DNA of 24,000 nucleotides from Actinomyces israelii DSM 43320 (GTDB lineage Bacteria > Actinomycetota > Actinomycetes > Actinomycetales > Actinomycetaceae), in the NCBI RefSeq assembly GCF_000711965.1, contig NZ_JONS01000013.1, positions 10,545-34,544 on the forward strand. Direction: 5' to 3'. Under the pieces are notes generated by a model. It was not told the origin of the DNA and searched no databases. It saw only the letters and a program-made list of their open reading frames with translations. The translations under genes were made by a program, and so were the position numbers. Shown one piece after another: positions 9,488 to 17,371 of the stretch (positions are counted from its first letter, which is position 1; each line of letters opens with the position of its first letter).

Positions 9488-10156
9488 ATGAAGACCTTCC
9501 ACCGTGTAACCGCCGTCACTGCCGCAGCGCTCCTGTCCGCGTCCCTGGCGGCATGCTCCTCGACCAGCCCCAGGAACGATTCCAGCGGCGACTCCAAGGA
9601 TCAGGAGAGCTCGGCCCAGCCGACAGCCGTATCCGCTCAGCCGGCGCCCGCCGGATACCAGATGGTCACCACGTCCACGTCGAAGATCTCCTTCGCCATT
9701 CCCGATAACTGGCAGATCCTGAGCAAGGACGCCGCCCAGGACGACCAGCGGGTTCAGGCTATCGCGGACGCGCTCGGCAAGAGCCCCGACGAGGTCCGCA
9801 CGATGCTCTCGTCCCTCGACATGCAGGCCATGTCCACGGCTCCCGACGACAAGGGATTCACCGAGAACGTGAACGTCGAGCCGGTGACAGGGCCCACCTC
9901 CCTGCCGACCGAGAACGACATGTCCCAGATGATCCAGGGGCAGAACGGCACACCGGGCGAGTACTCCACCACGCAGACCGCGCTCGGGGAGGTCGCCGTC
10001 ATGACCTACACCATGACCGTCCAGACCACCACGGTGCAGGGCGCCGTAATCGCCGTCCGGACCAAGGACGGCACCTGGACTCTCATCTGGGTGTCAACCT
10101 CAGAGACCTCCCGCGCCAAGGAGCTGGCCGGCATCATCACGTCCACGCTGTCCTGA
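9488..10156 (+). CDS. secreted lipoprotein, unknown function (paralogue 1)
   Basis: ATG at 9488 preceded by GGGAGA at 5-nt spacing. Signal peptide plus lipobox 'LLSASLAAC'. The mature domain resembles the neighbouring gene (for example 'TPGEYSTTQTALGEVAVMTYT'), and the overall layout is reminiscent of LpqN/PsbP-like lipoproteins, which is a guess. Confidence 0.8.
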   Translation: MKTFHRVTAVTAAALLSASLAACSSTSPRNDSSGDSKDQESSAQPTAVSAQPAPAGYQMVTTSTSKISFAIPDNWQILSKDAAQDDQRVQAIADALGKSPDEVRTMLSSLDMQAMSTAPDDKGFTENVNVEPVTGPTSLPTENDMSQMIQGQNGTPGEYSTTQTALGEVAVMTYTMTVQTTTVQGAVIAVRTKDGTWTLIWVSTSETSRAKELAGIITSTLS

Positions 10157-10403
10157 CGCCCCCACCCTGACGCCTCCGCCTCCTCAACACGCCTGTTCGC
10201 GTCCGCGTCCCGACTACGCTCATCGCAAACACGCGGGAACGAGCAGACGGGCACCGCCATCACGGGAACCCCGCCGGAGCGGCCACCTCGCCGCCGGGCA
10301 AGGTGCACTCGCACCAGCCCGGCGGGGGCCTTCTCCCCGTCTGCTCCGATCGTGATCGTCACATACTGTATAGACGGTTCCTCTGCAATATCGGGAGACG
10401 ATC

Positions 10404-11063
10404 ATGAAGGCCTTTTCCTGCGCGACCGCCGCAGCAGCAGCATTGCTGTCCGCCTCCCTGGCGTCCTGCTCATTGATCGGCTCCGAGGATGACCGGGGCG
10501 TCACGGCGCCAACGGGCACGGCCTCGCAGAGCGCCGAGCCGACGGATGCCTCCACCGACGGGGCCGACGACGACTACCAGACGGTCACGGCGCCCTCAAC
10601 GCAGATCTCCTTCGACGTCCCTGCAAAATGGAAGGTGATCAGCAACGACGGCCAGGGGACCGCGATTATCGCCGAGACGCTCGGCGTCGGCACCGACGGG
10701 GAGGCCCATGCGCTCACGGCCGTCGACCTGGAGGCCATCGCTCCGAAGCGCAGGAAGAAGGGCTACGCGGAGAACGTGAGCGTCGCACCGGCGGCGGAGT
10801 TCTCCTCCCTGCCGAGCGAGGAGACGCTGTCCGAGCTGATCCGGACATGGGGGGCCACCCCGGGCGAGTACTCCGTTTCCGAGACGGCCCTCGGAGACGC
10901 CGCTGTCATGACCTCCTCCATCACCGAGTACGCCACCGCGGTGCAGGGCGCCTCAATCATTGTCTCGAGCAAAGACGGCGACTGGACGACCATTACGGTG
11001 CTGACATCAGACGCCTCCCGCACCAAGGAGCTGACCGACACCATCATCTCCACCCTGTCCTGA
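10404..11063 (+). CDS. secreted lipoprotein, unknown function (paralogue 2)
   Basis: ATG preceded by GGGAGA at 5-nt spacing. Signal peptide plus lipobox 'LLSASLASC'. It is colinear with 9488-10156 ('QISFDVPAKWKVISND', 'TPGEYSVSETALGDAAVMTSS', C-terminal 'TKELTDTIISTLS'). Confidence 0.8.
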   Translation: MKAFSCATAAAAALLSASLASCSLIGSEDDRGVTAPTGTASQSAEPTDASTDGADDDYQTVTAPSTQISFDVPAKWKVISNDGQGTAIIAETLGVGTDGEAHALTAVDLEAIAPKRRKKGYAENVSVAPAAEFSSLPSEETLSELIRTWGATPGEYSVSETALGDAAVMTSSITEYATAVQGASIIVSSKDGDWTTITVLTSDASRTKELTDTIISTLS

Positions 11064-11183
11064 CGCCCACGAGCCGCCCGCCGCCCACATCATTTTGTGA
11101 CTCGCGGCGCCCGCGCCGGCGTGCCATGCTGTAGCCAGGCCGGTGCCGCCCGGCACCGCGCACCCCGACGAAAGGAGGTCGCT

Positions 11184-11366
11184 ATGGGACTTGGTGACCT
11201 GACGAGCAAGGCTGGTGAGCTCCTCGGCTCCGACAAGAGCGAGGCCGTGACCGATCAGGCTCTCGACAAGGCCGCCGATGCCGCCAAGAAGGCGACCGGC
11301 GGCAAGCTCGACTCCCAGGTCGAGGCCGTGCGCGACGCTGTCGACTCCAAGATCGGCAGCGCCTGA
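11184..11366 (+). CDS. small Rv0909/MT0933-like ('antitoxin-like') protein, 60 aa
   Basis: Strong SD AAAGGAGG (11171-11178) lies 5 nt before the ATG at 11184. 'MGLGDLTSKAGELLGSDKSEAVTDQALDKAADAAKKATGGKLDSQVEAVRDAVDSKIG' fits the helical K/D/A-rich pattern of that family. A hairpin follows at 11403-11434. Confidence 0.65.
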   Translation: MGLGDLTSKAGELLGSDKSEAVTDQALDKAADAAKKATGGKLDSQVEAVRDAVDSKIGSA

Positions 11367-11402
11367 GCCCAGGAGCATTGAAGCGGCCCTGTGATCGCAG
11401 GT

Positions 11403-11434
11403 GAGCCCCGGCGCCCCGCGGGGTGCCGGGGCTC
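11403..11434 (+). terminator. GC-rich hairpin after the 60-aa gene
   Basis: GAGCCCCGGC ... GCCGGGGCTC is a 10-bp stem with an internal CCCCGCGGGG palindrome. A second perfect 10-bp hairpin, CCCAGCCCAG-N7-CTGGGCTGGG, lies at 11467-11493. Confidence 0.5.
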
Positions 11435-11541
11435 CTGCGCTCCGGCCGGCCCGCCCGACGACGGGCCCCAGCCCAGCGAGCCCCTGGGCTGGGCGGGGGC
11501 CCGGCGGGCCCCCGCCCGGGAGCCTCCTGCACAATGCCCCC

Positions 11542-13875
11542 ATGACCGACCCGACCGACCCGACCGACGCAGCCCCCGCCCAGCCCGGCCTGCCGCCCGT
11601 GCCCGCCTGGCTCGACGACATCGAGGGCGACCGGGCCCTCGCCTGGGTCGCCGAGCACAACGCCGCGACCCGCGCCGTCGTCGAGGGAGCCGAGCGCTTC
11701 GAGGCCATCCGGGCCGAGACCGAGGCGATCCTCGACTCGCCCGACCGCATCCCCGCCGTCGGCCAGGCGAACGGCCTGCTCTACAACTTCTGGACCGACG
11801 CCGACCACCCGCGCGGCCTGTGGCGCCGCACCACCTGGGAGTCCTACCGCGCGGGCGCCCCCGGTCGGGCCGACAACGGCACCGCTGCGTCAGGCGCGGC
11901 CTCCGCCGAGACCGGCACCCGGTGGGAGGTGCTGCTCGATCTCGACGCGCTCGGCGAGACCGAGGGCGTCGCCTGGGTGTGGCACGGCGCCCAGGTCCTG
12001 CGCACCGGGCCCCTGGCCGGTCGGCGCGCCCTCGTGACCCTCTCCGACGGCGGTGCGGACGCCGATGTCACCCGCGAGCTGGACCTCGACACCGGGCGCT
12101 TCATCCCGCCCGCCGAGGGCGGCTTTCACCGCGGGGCCTCCAAGGGGTCGCTGTCGTGGGCCGACGACGAGGGCGGCTCGGTGCTGGCCCTGACCGACCT
12201 CGGCGAGGGCTCCTTGTCCCCCTCCGGGTACCCGCGCCAGGTCAGGCGGCTGCTGCGCGGCCAGCAGCCGGCCGAGGGCGAGGTCCTGCTGACCGCCGCA
12301 GCCGACGACGACGGCGCCTGGGCCCACCGCGACCGCTGGGGCCGCACCTGGCTGCTCACACGCCCCGACTTCTACACCGAGGAGCTGTGGCTGCTTCCCG
12401 ACGGCGCCCCCGCCCTCCCGGCGTCGTCGGGACCGGGCGCCCTGGCGGAGGCCTCCGCGACCGTGGCCCCGGGAGCCGTGCACATCGACGTGCCCGCCTC
12501 CGCGGAGGCCTCCGCCGTGTGGGACTGGCTCCTGGTCAGCCTGCGCGAGGACTGGGAGACCGGCGGCGCCGTCCACCGGGCGGGCTCGCTGCTGGCCGCG
12601 CCCCTGGAGGACTTCCTGGCCGGCGGGCGCGACTTCGAGACCCTGTTCGCCCCGACGCCGTCGGCCTGTCTGATCGGCTTCACCGCAACCGCCCGCCACC
12701 TGGCCCTCACCCTGCTCGACGACTGTGCGGCCGCCCTGGAGGTGCTCACGCCCCCGCGCGCCACCACCGGCGGGTGGGCGCGCCGCCCCCTGGACCTGGG
12801 CGCGCTGGCCGGGAGGCCCGATGCCGGCGCCCGCGCCGATGCCGAAGCCGACGCTCCTGCGCGGCCCGACGCGCAGCCCGACCCCACTGCGCTGCGCCCG
12901 GGCCGGCCCCTGATCGAGGTCAGCGCCACCGCCGTCGACGGGCGGGAGGGCGACCGGCTGTGGCTGACGACGTCGTCCTTCACCCGGCCGACCACCCTCA
13001 TGGCGGGCGAGCTCGACGACGACGGCGCCCTGACCGGCGTCGAGGTGCTGCGCGCCGCGCCGGAGCGCTTCGATGCGACCGGCGTCGAGGTGAGCCAGCA
13101 CGTGGCGGTCAGTGCGGACGGCACGCGCGTACCCTACTTCCAGATCGGGCGGCCGGTCGCCGACGCCGAGGGGCGCGCCGCGGGCGGGCCGACGATCCTG
13201 TACGGCTACGGCGGCTTCGAGGTGCCACTGGGGATCGGGTACCTTCCGGTGACCGGCAAGGCGTGGCTGGAGCGGGGCGGCACCTATGTCATTGCCAACA
13301 TCCGCGGGGGCGGGGAGTACGGGCCGGCCTGGCACCGCGCCGGGCTCAAGGAGCACCGGCACCGCGTCTACGAGGACTTCGCGGCGGTCGCCCGGGCGCT
13401 GAGCGAGCGGGGCGTCGCCGCGCCGGGGCGGCTGGCCGTGCACGGGGGCTCCAACGGCGGCCTGCTCGTGGGCAATATGCTCACTCAGTACCCCGACCTG
13501 GTCGGGGCGGTGCTGTGCGAGGTGCCGCTGCTGGACATGCGCCGCTATACCCACCTGCTGGCCGGCGCCTCCTGGCGGGCCGAGTACGGGGACCCGGACG
13601 ACCCGGCCCAGTGGGAGTTCATCCGGACCTTCTCCCCCTTCCACCTGCTGGAGGCCGGGCACGACTACCCGCCGGTGCTGCTGGTGACCTCGACCCGGGA
13701 CGACCGGGTCCACCCGGCGCACGCGCGCACCATGGCCCACCGGCTGGAGAGCCTGGGGCAGGCGGTGACGTACTTCGAGAACTCCGAGGGCGGGCACGGC
13801 CGGGCCTCGACCAATGCGCAGCGGGCCTTCATGAGCGCCCTGACCTACGACTTCGCCTGGCGGACCCTGCGCTAG
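11542..13875 (+). CDS. prolyl oligopeptidase family (S9) serine peptidase
   Basis: The C-terminal alpha/beta-hydrolase domain has the nucleophile 'GGSNGGLLVG', 'TSTRDDRVHPAHA' (Asp) and 'EGGHG' (His). The N-terminal propeller begins 'WLDDIEGDRALAWVAEHN'. I chose the ATG at 11542 (MTDPTDPTD...); the upstream 47 codons of the track ORF cross two hairpins. Confidence 0.85.
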   Translation: MTDPTDPTDAAPAQPGLPPVPAWLDDIEGDRALAWVAEHNAATRAVVEGAERFEAIRAETEAILDSPDRIPAVGQANGLLYNFWTDADHPRGLWRRTTWESYRAGAPGRADNGTAASGAASAETGTRWEVLLDLDALGETEGVAWVWHGAQVLRTGPLAGRRALVTLSDGGADADVTRELDLDTGRFIPPAEGGFHRGASKGSLSWADDEGGSVLALTDLGEGSLSPSGYPRQVRRLLRGQQPAEGEVLLTAAADDDGAWAHRDRWGRTWLLTRPDFYTEELWLLPDGAPALPASSGPGALAEASATVAPGAVHIDVPASAEASAVWDWLLVSLREDWETGGAVHRAGSLLAAPLEDFLAGGRDFETLFAPTPSACLIGFTATARHLALTLLDDCAAALEVLTPPRATTGGWARRPLDLGALAGRPDAGARADAEADAPARPDAQPDPTALRPGRPLIEVSATAVDGREGDRLWLTTSSFTRPTTLMAGELDDDGALTGVEVLRAAPERFDATGVEVSQHVAVSADGTRVPYFQIGRPVADAEGRAAGGPTILYGYGGFEVPLGIGYLPVTGKAWLERGGTYVIANIRGGGEYGPAWHRAGLKEHRHRVYEDFAAVARALSERGVAAPGRLAVHGGSNGGLLVGNMLTQYPDLVGAVLCEVPLLDMRRYTHLLAGASWRAEYGDPDDPAQWEFIRTFSPFHLLEAGHDYPPVLLVTSTRDDRVHPAHARTMAHRLESLGQAVTYFENSEGGHGRASTNAQRAFMSALTYDFAWRTLR

Positions 13876-13913
13876 CCCGCCGAGATCGGTCCGCTGCACC
13901 GAGCCACAGCGAG
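13876..13913 (-). repeat. tandem-unit repeat, copy E (first unit decayed); fills the entire peptidase-Fic convergent spacer
   Basis: The reverse complement is CTCGCTGTGGCTCGGTGC-AGCGGACCGATCTCGGCGGGC. It begins directly after the Fic TAG (13916-13914). Confidence 0.55.
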
Positions 13914-14552
13914 CTACTCGTCAAGCACCTCGACGAACGGAGCGAAGCGGGCGTAGTAGTCGTCCTGCAGCGAGCGGAGCGTCTCGCGCAGGAACCCGGG
14001 CTGGTGCTCGTACTCGTTGAGACCCCGGTAGTAGAAGAGCTTCGTGGCGTCGAGGACGATGAAGGGCATGAGGCCATTGCGCAGGCACTGCTGGAACATC
14101 AGCATCCGGCCGACCCGGCCGTTACCGTCCTGAAAAGGGTGGATGCTCTCGAAGCGGTGGTGGAAGTCCGCGACGTCGTCGAGCGTCATGGACCCCGGCG
14201 TGCGCGCCAGAAGATCCTCGATCGCCGGCCCGACGCGCCCAGAGGCGACCGTCTCCCGCCCGCCGACGACGTTGGGCACGCGCTTCCAGCCGCCGACGGC
14301 AAAGGACGGCCTGCGGGCGTCGGCCGTCCCGCGCTTGAGGATCCGGTGGTAGTCCTTCATCACCGCTGCCGTGATCGGCTCGTCGAACCGGTCGAGCACG
14401 GCGTCGAACAGCTCAAAGCCGTTGACGGTCTCCACAATGTCGTCAACGGGGAGGGCATCGCCGGCAATGGTGCGGGTCTCGTAGATGTAGCGGGTCTGCT
14501 CCTCATCGAGGCGGCTGCCCTCGATCCGGTTGGAGTTGTAGGCCATGAGCAC
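13914..14552 (-). CDS. Fic/DOC family protein (class II, AMPylase-type); the 5' end appears frameshifted, and the intact gene would start at 14656
   Basis: Fic active-site motif 'HPFQDGNGRVGR' (HxFx[DE]GNGRxxR). N-terminal inhibitory-helix motif 'SNRIEG' ([ST]xxxE[GN]). A separate 23-codon ORF head (ATG 14656, SD GGAGG, about 96% GC3) reads into a different frame near 14587-14592. Confidence 0.8.
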   Translation of the reverse strand: MLMAYNSNRIEGSRLDEEQTRYIYETRTIAGDALPVDDIVETVNGFELFDAVLDRFDEPITAAVMKDYHRILKRGTADARRPSFAVGGWKRVPNVVGGRETVASGRVGPAIEDLLARTPGSMTLDDVADFHHRFESIHPFQDGNGRVGRMLMFQQCLRNGLMPFIVLDATKLFYYRGLNEYEHQPGFLRETLRSLQDDYYARFAPFVEVLDE

Positions 14553-14700
14553 CTGGTTGAGGTGGTAGAGGCCGCCTTCATCCGGGTGCGGCGCTGCTCG
14601 CGCAGGGTGCGCGCGAAGCGCGCGGGGTCAATGGCGTACTCGCCCTGCTCGGGCATGCCGCACCCCCTCCCCGATCCGCAGGGCTTCCATGCTACGAGTC

Positions 14701-14757
14701 ACCCGCACCGAGATCGGTTCACTTCCGGCTCGAGATCGGTTCACTTCCACAACTTCC
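14701..14757 (-). repeat. tandem-unit repeat, copy C (two full units plus extra GGAAGT spacers)
   Basis: The reverse complement is GGAAGTTGTGGAAG-TGAACCGATCTCGAGCCGGAAG-TGAACCGATCTCGGTGCGGGT. A further decayed unit reaches back to the GNAT stop (14779-14777). The box GGGGAGGGGGTGCGGC (14672-14657) ends at the Fic ATG. Confidence 0.8.
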
Positions 14758-14776
14758 ACATCGAGACGCCGTCGCC

Positions 14777-15256
14777 TCAGCACGCTCGAAGGTCGGCGCG
14801 CATGGCGGGGAACTTGTTGAGCGTGAAGCCGGTCTGCTCGTACATGCCCTGTCCCGCCTCGGTGGCCATGAGCTCGGCCCGGCCGATGCCGGTCGATGCG
14901 GCCCACCGCATCACCGCCTCGAAGGCCCGCCGGCCGTGCCCGCGACCGCGATGGGCCGGAAGAGTGCACACGTTGCTGACCAGCACGTCGCGGCCGTCGG
15001 GGACCTCGGGCGAGGGCGCGGCGTCCCGGACCGCCCCCATCGCGCAGGCCACGACCTCCCGATCCGCCTGCACGACGAAGATCCCGTATATCGGGTCCCT
15101 GATCCTCTCGAGGAACCAGCGACGCGCGTTGCTCCGCCACCGGCCATCCGTCATCGCCGTCCCCGTCATGCGGAACATCTCCTCGCGCAGCGCCACCAGA
15201 GCACTGACGTCGGGAACGGTCGCCCGTCTCACGACAATGGCATCATCCACGGTCAC
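14777..15256 (-). CDS. GNAT family N-acetyltransferase
   Basis: Acetyl-CoA binding motif 'VCTLPAHRGRGHGRRAFEAV' (Q/RxxGxG/A type) with typical GNAT length. The start is uncertain: GTG at 15256 (VTVDDAIVVRRATVPDV), 15250 or 15295. The rest of the 405-aa track ORF is antisense to the DUF2992 gene and looks non-coding. Confidence 0.75.
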   Translation of the reverse strand: MTVDDAIVVRRATVPDVSALVALREEMFRMTGTAMTDGRWRSNARRWFLERIRDPIYGIFVVQADREVVACAMGAVRDAAPSPEVPDGRDVLVSNVCTLPAHRGRGHGRRAFEAVMRWAASTGIGRAELMATEAGQGMYEQTGFTLNKFPAMRADLRAC

Positions 15257-15340
15257 GAAACTACCGTGGGCCCAAGCATGAGCAAAGGCCCTCACCCGGG
15301 CCGAGTCGAGGCATGCGCCACGGCGCTCCGTCGGCAGCGG

Positions 15341-15346
15341 TAGAAT
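15341..15346 (+). promoter_or_regulatory. -10 hexamer TAGAAT, candidate promoter of the DUF2992 gene
   Basis: It is the best -10 match in the 225-nt divergent GNAT/DUF2992 spacer. There is no good -35. It would give a ~130-nt leader. Confidence 0.4.
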
Positions 15347-15481
15347 CGCTCCATCAGATCCTGGTGCGCGAATCGCACTGCCCGGTAGGAAGTCCGGGCG
15401 GCACCCCGCCCGTGCCCGTCGCCTCGCCCCGTCGAGGAATCCGGCGTCACCAGGTCCGCTTCGGCGTACCTGGAGACAACA

Positions 15482-15907
15482 ATGGCGACGACTTTCACCA
15501 TCTTCTTCGACGGCCACCGGTGGGTGGGTGTTCTTGAGCAGCGCGACGGCGGCCAGATCCGAGCCGCTCGGGTCGTCTTCGGCCGAGAACCGAGCGGCGC
15601 GGAGATCGAGGACTGGCTCCGCCGTCACGGCAACGACCTCATTGCCCGCGCGTCCGCTGCGCAGCCCATCGACGACGGCGGCCGCCCGGCAATGCGGGCG
15701 CGCAGTCCGAAGCGCGCCCAGCGCGAGGCCGCCCGGCAGGCGCGCCAGCCGCACGGCGCCACCGCCTCCCAGCAGGCCCTCGCCGCAGACCGGGAGGCAC
15801 GAGCCGCAGCCCGCGCACAGGACGAGGCCGCCCGACGTCGTCGGGACCGCGAGGAGGCGTGGGCGAGGCGACGCGCACGCGCCCGAGCGCGCCACCGGGG
15901 CCGGTGA
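15482..15907 (+). CDS. YjdF-family protein (DUF2992)
   Basis: The N-terminus 'FTIFFDGHRWVGVLEQRDGGQIRAARVVFGREPSGAEIEDWL', the central 'SPKRAQREAARQ' and the basic tail ending 'RHRGR' match the DUF2992 pattern as I remember it. SD GGAGA lies 5 nt before the ATG. Confidence 0.75.
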   Translation: MATTFTIFFDGHRWVGVLEQRDGGQIRAARVVFGREPSGAEIEDWLRRHGNDLIARASAAQPIDDGGRPAMRARSPKRAQREAARQARQPHGATASQQALAADREARAAARAQDEAARRRRDREEAWARRRARARARHRGR

Positions 15908-15967
15908 ACCGATCTCGACGCGGAGCTGGACCGATCTCGGCGAAGAGGGGCGAGGGTGCCGGCGGGG
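15905..15967 (+). repeat. tandem-unit repeat, copy D, with downstream GAGGGTGCCGGCGGGG box
   Basis: TGAACCGATCTCGACGCGGAGCTGGACCGATCTCGGCGAAGAGGGG is followed by CGAGGGTGCCGGCGGGG. The first TGA (15905-15907) is the DUF2992 stop codon. Confidence 0.8.
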
Positions 15968-15999
15968 CTGCGTGCTGGACGGGCGCGCGGGCACACGAG

Positions 16000-16041
16000 A
16001 GCCGCCGGCGCGTACCCCTGAAACACGCGCTCGGCGGCTCG
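16000..16041. terminator. 15-bp (one bulge) hairpin between convergent DUF2992 and ABC permease genes
   Basis: GAGCCGCCGGCGCGT, loop ACCCCTGAAAC, ACGCGCTCGGCGGCTC. It could serve both strands. There is no U tract. Confidence 0.5.
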
Positions 16042-16168
16042 TCGTGCTATGAACCTCCTCTCACTCGGTGGATCCCCGCGGCCGTCGTACCTGGAATGGA
16101 CCGCGGAGCCTGGACATCTTCCCCTGTCGTTCCTTGTATTCCTCCTTCCGTGCGAGCTGCGTGCAGGT

Positions 16169-17371
16169 CTACTGGGCGTTGAGGGCCGCCGTCGGGGGCG
16201 TGCGCGCCGCCCGCACCGCCGGGTACAGCCCCGCCACCGCGCCGATAATGACCGTGACCCCCAGGCCCGCCAGGATGATGAGCGCCGGCAGGGAGAAGGG
16301 CCAGCCGTTGGCGGCCGCCACCCCGGCCGTCACCCCGACCCCGATGACGCAGCCCAGCGCTCCTCCCAGCCCCGCCAGAAGCAGGGCCTCGGCGAGGAAC
16401 TGGATGAGGATGTGGCTGCGCATCGCCCCCAGGGCCCGTCTCAGGCCGATCTCGCGGCGCCGTTCCAGCACCGAGATGATCATGGTGTTGGCCACCCCGA
16501 TCCCGCCCACGATCAGGGCGATCGAGCCGACCCCGGTCAGCAGGCTGGTGAAGGCCTGGTCGGCGGCGTTCTTGGCCGCCAGCGCGTCCGAGGGCCGCGA
16601 GATCTTGACGGCCCCGGGCGCCTGGGGCGAGATCGTGGGGCCGAGCAGTTCTCTGACCCGCTCGACGGCCTTGTCCGCGCTGCGCTCGTAGATGGTCGTC
16701 GGATTGCCCGCGTAGCCGAACAGCCTCTCGGCCACGGGCGCCCCGATGAGCGCCGCATTGTCGAGCTCGGGCGCCAGCACCGACGGCTTGAGGATCCCCA
16801 CCACGGTGAAGGACGTCCCGCCGAGCCACACCTGGGTGCCGGGCTCCACCACGCCCAGTCGCCGGGCGGCGGAGGCCCCGAGCACGGTGGACGGGTAGGA
16901 GGACGTGGCCGGGTTGAGCCAGGCCCCCTTGTCCACCTCGCCGGCGACGACGTCGAGCAGCCCCGGCTCGGCCACCAGGGCCGAGATGCCGCCGGTCGCC
17001 GCCTTGTCGCTCAGGGAGTTGCGGTAGACGGAGGCTTTGACCAGCGAGGTCGAGCTCGACTGCTGGACGCCGTCGATCTTGTTCACGCGCCCGACGGCGT
17101 CGGTGGGGAACTTGACCTCGGTGCCGGTCAGGTCGGAGCCCGGCGTGAGGGTGAGCATATTGGTGCCCAGGGACTCGAGCTGGGCGGTGAGCTGGGCCCG
17201 GCTGGAGGTGGACACGCCGACCACCGCGATCATGGCCGCGATGCCGATGGCGATGCCCAGGGCGGACAGGAAGGCGCGCATGGGTCGGGCTCGCAGGCCC
17301 GTTCCGGCCAGGCGCAGGATGTCGGCCGGACGCAGGTGCGAGCGCTTCGGGCGCGTCGTCGTCGAGCTCAT
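16169..17371 (-). CDS. ABC transporter permease, MacB/FtsX type
   Basis: 400 aa. One N-terminal TM helix ('[20 protein letters not shown]'), a ~220-aa extracytoplasmic domain, and a C-terminal FtsX 3-TM bundle ('IGLRRALGA'). The start ATG overlaps the upstream stop (ATGA). Confidence 0.9.
   Translation of the reverse strand: MSSTTTRPKRSHLRPADILRLAGTGLRARPMRAFLSALGIAIGIAAMIAVVGVSTSSRAQLTAQLESLGTNMLTLTPGSDLTGTEVKFPTDAVGRVNKIDGVQQSSSTSLVKASVYRNSLSDKAATGGISALVAEPGLLDVVAGEVDKGAWLNPATSSYPSTVLGASAARRLGVVEPGTQVWLGGTSFTVVGILKPSVLAPELDNAALIGAPVAERLFGYAGNPTTIYERSADKAVERVRELLGPTISPQAPGAVKISRPSDALAAKNAADQAFTSLLTGVGSIALIVGGIGVANTMIISVLERRREIGLRRALGAMRSHILIQFLAEALLLAGLGGALGCVIGVGVTAGVAAANGWPFSLPALIILAGLGVTVIIGAVAGLYPAVRAARTPPTAALNAQ

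Noticed and set aside
11545-11568. 9-nt microsatellite (ACCGACCCG x about 2.7, encoding TDPTDPTD) at the start of the S9 peptidase
   Set aside because: It is real in the sequence but short, in-frame and unremarkable. It has no evident regulatory consequence and is noted only as a possible strain-variable site.
15257-15994. Upstream 245 codons of the 405-aa ORF containing the GNAT domain
   Set aside because: It lies antisense to the well-supported DUF2992 gene and its leader. The sequence is Arg/Ala/Gly/Pro-rich. The GNAT fold is complete within the last ~160 residues.
15905-16020. Stop-codon read-through into the repeat (TGA as Sec, Trp or read-through), giving conserved '..TDL[DE]xE[LA]DRSRR..' tails after TetR, DUF2992 and ORF 5298-5486
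   Set aside because: The apparent peptide conservation is fully explained by nucleotide conservation. Differences between copies are not biased to synonymous positions. Downstream frames diverge and there is no SECIS-like hairpin.
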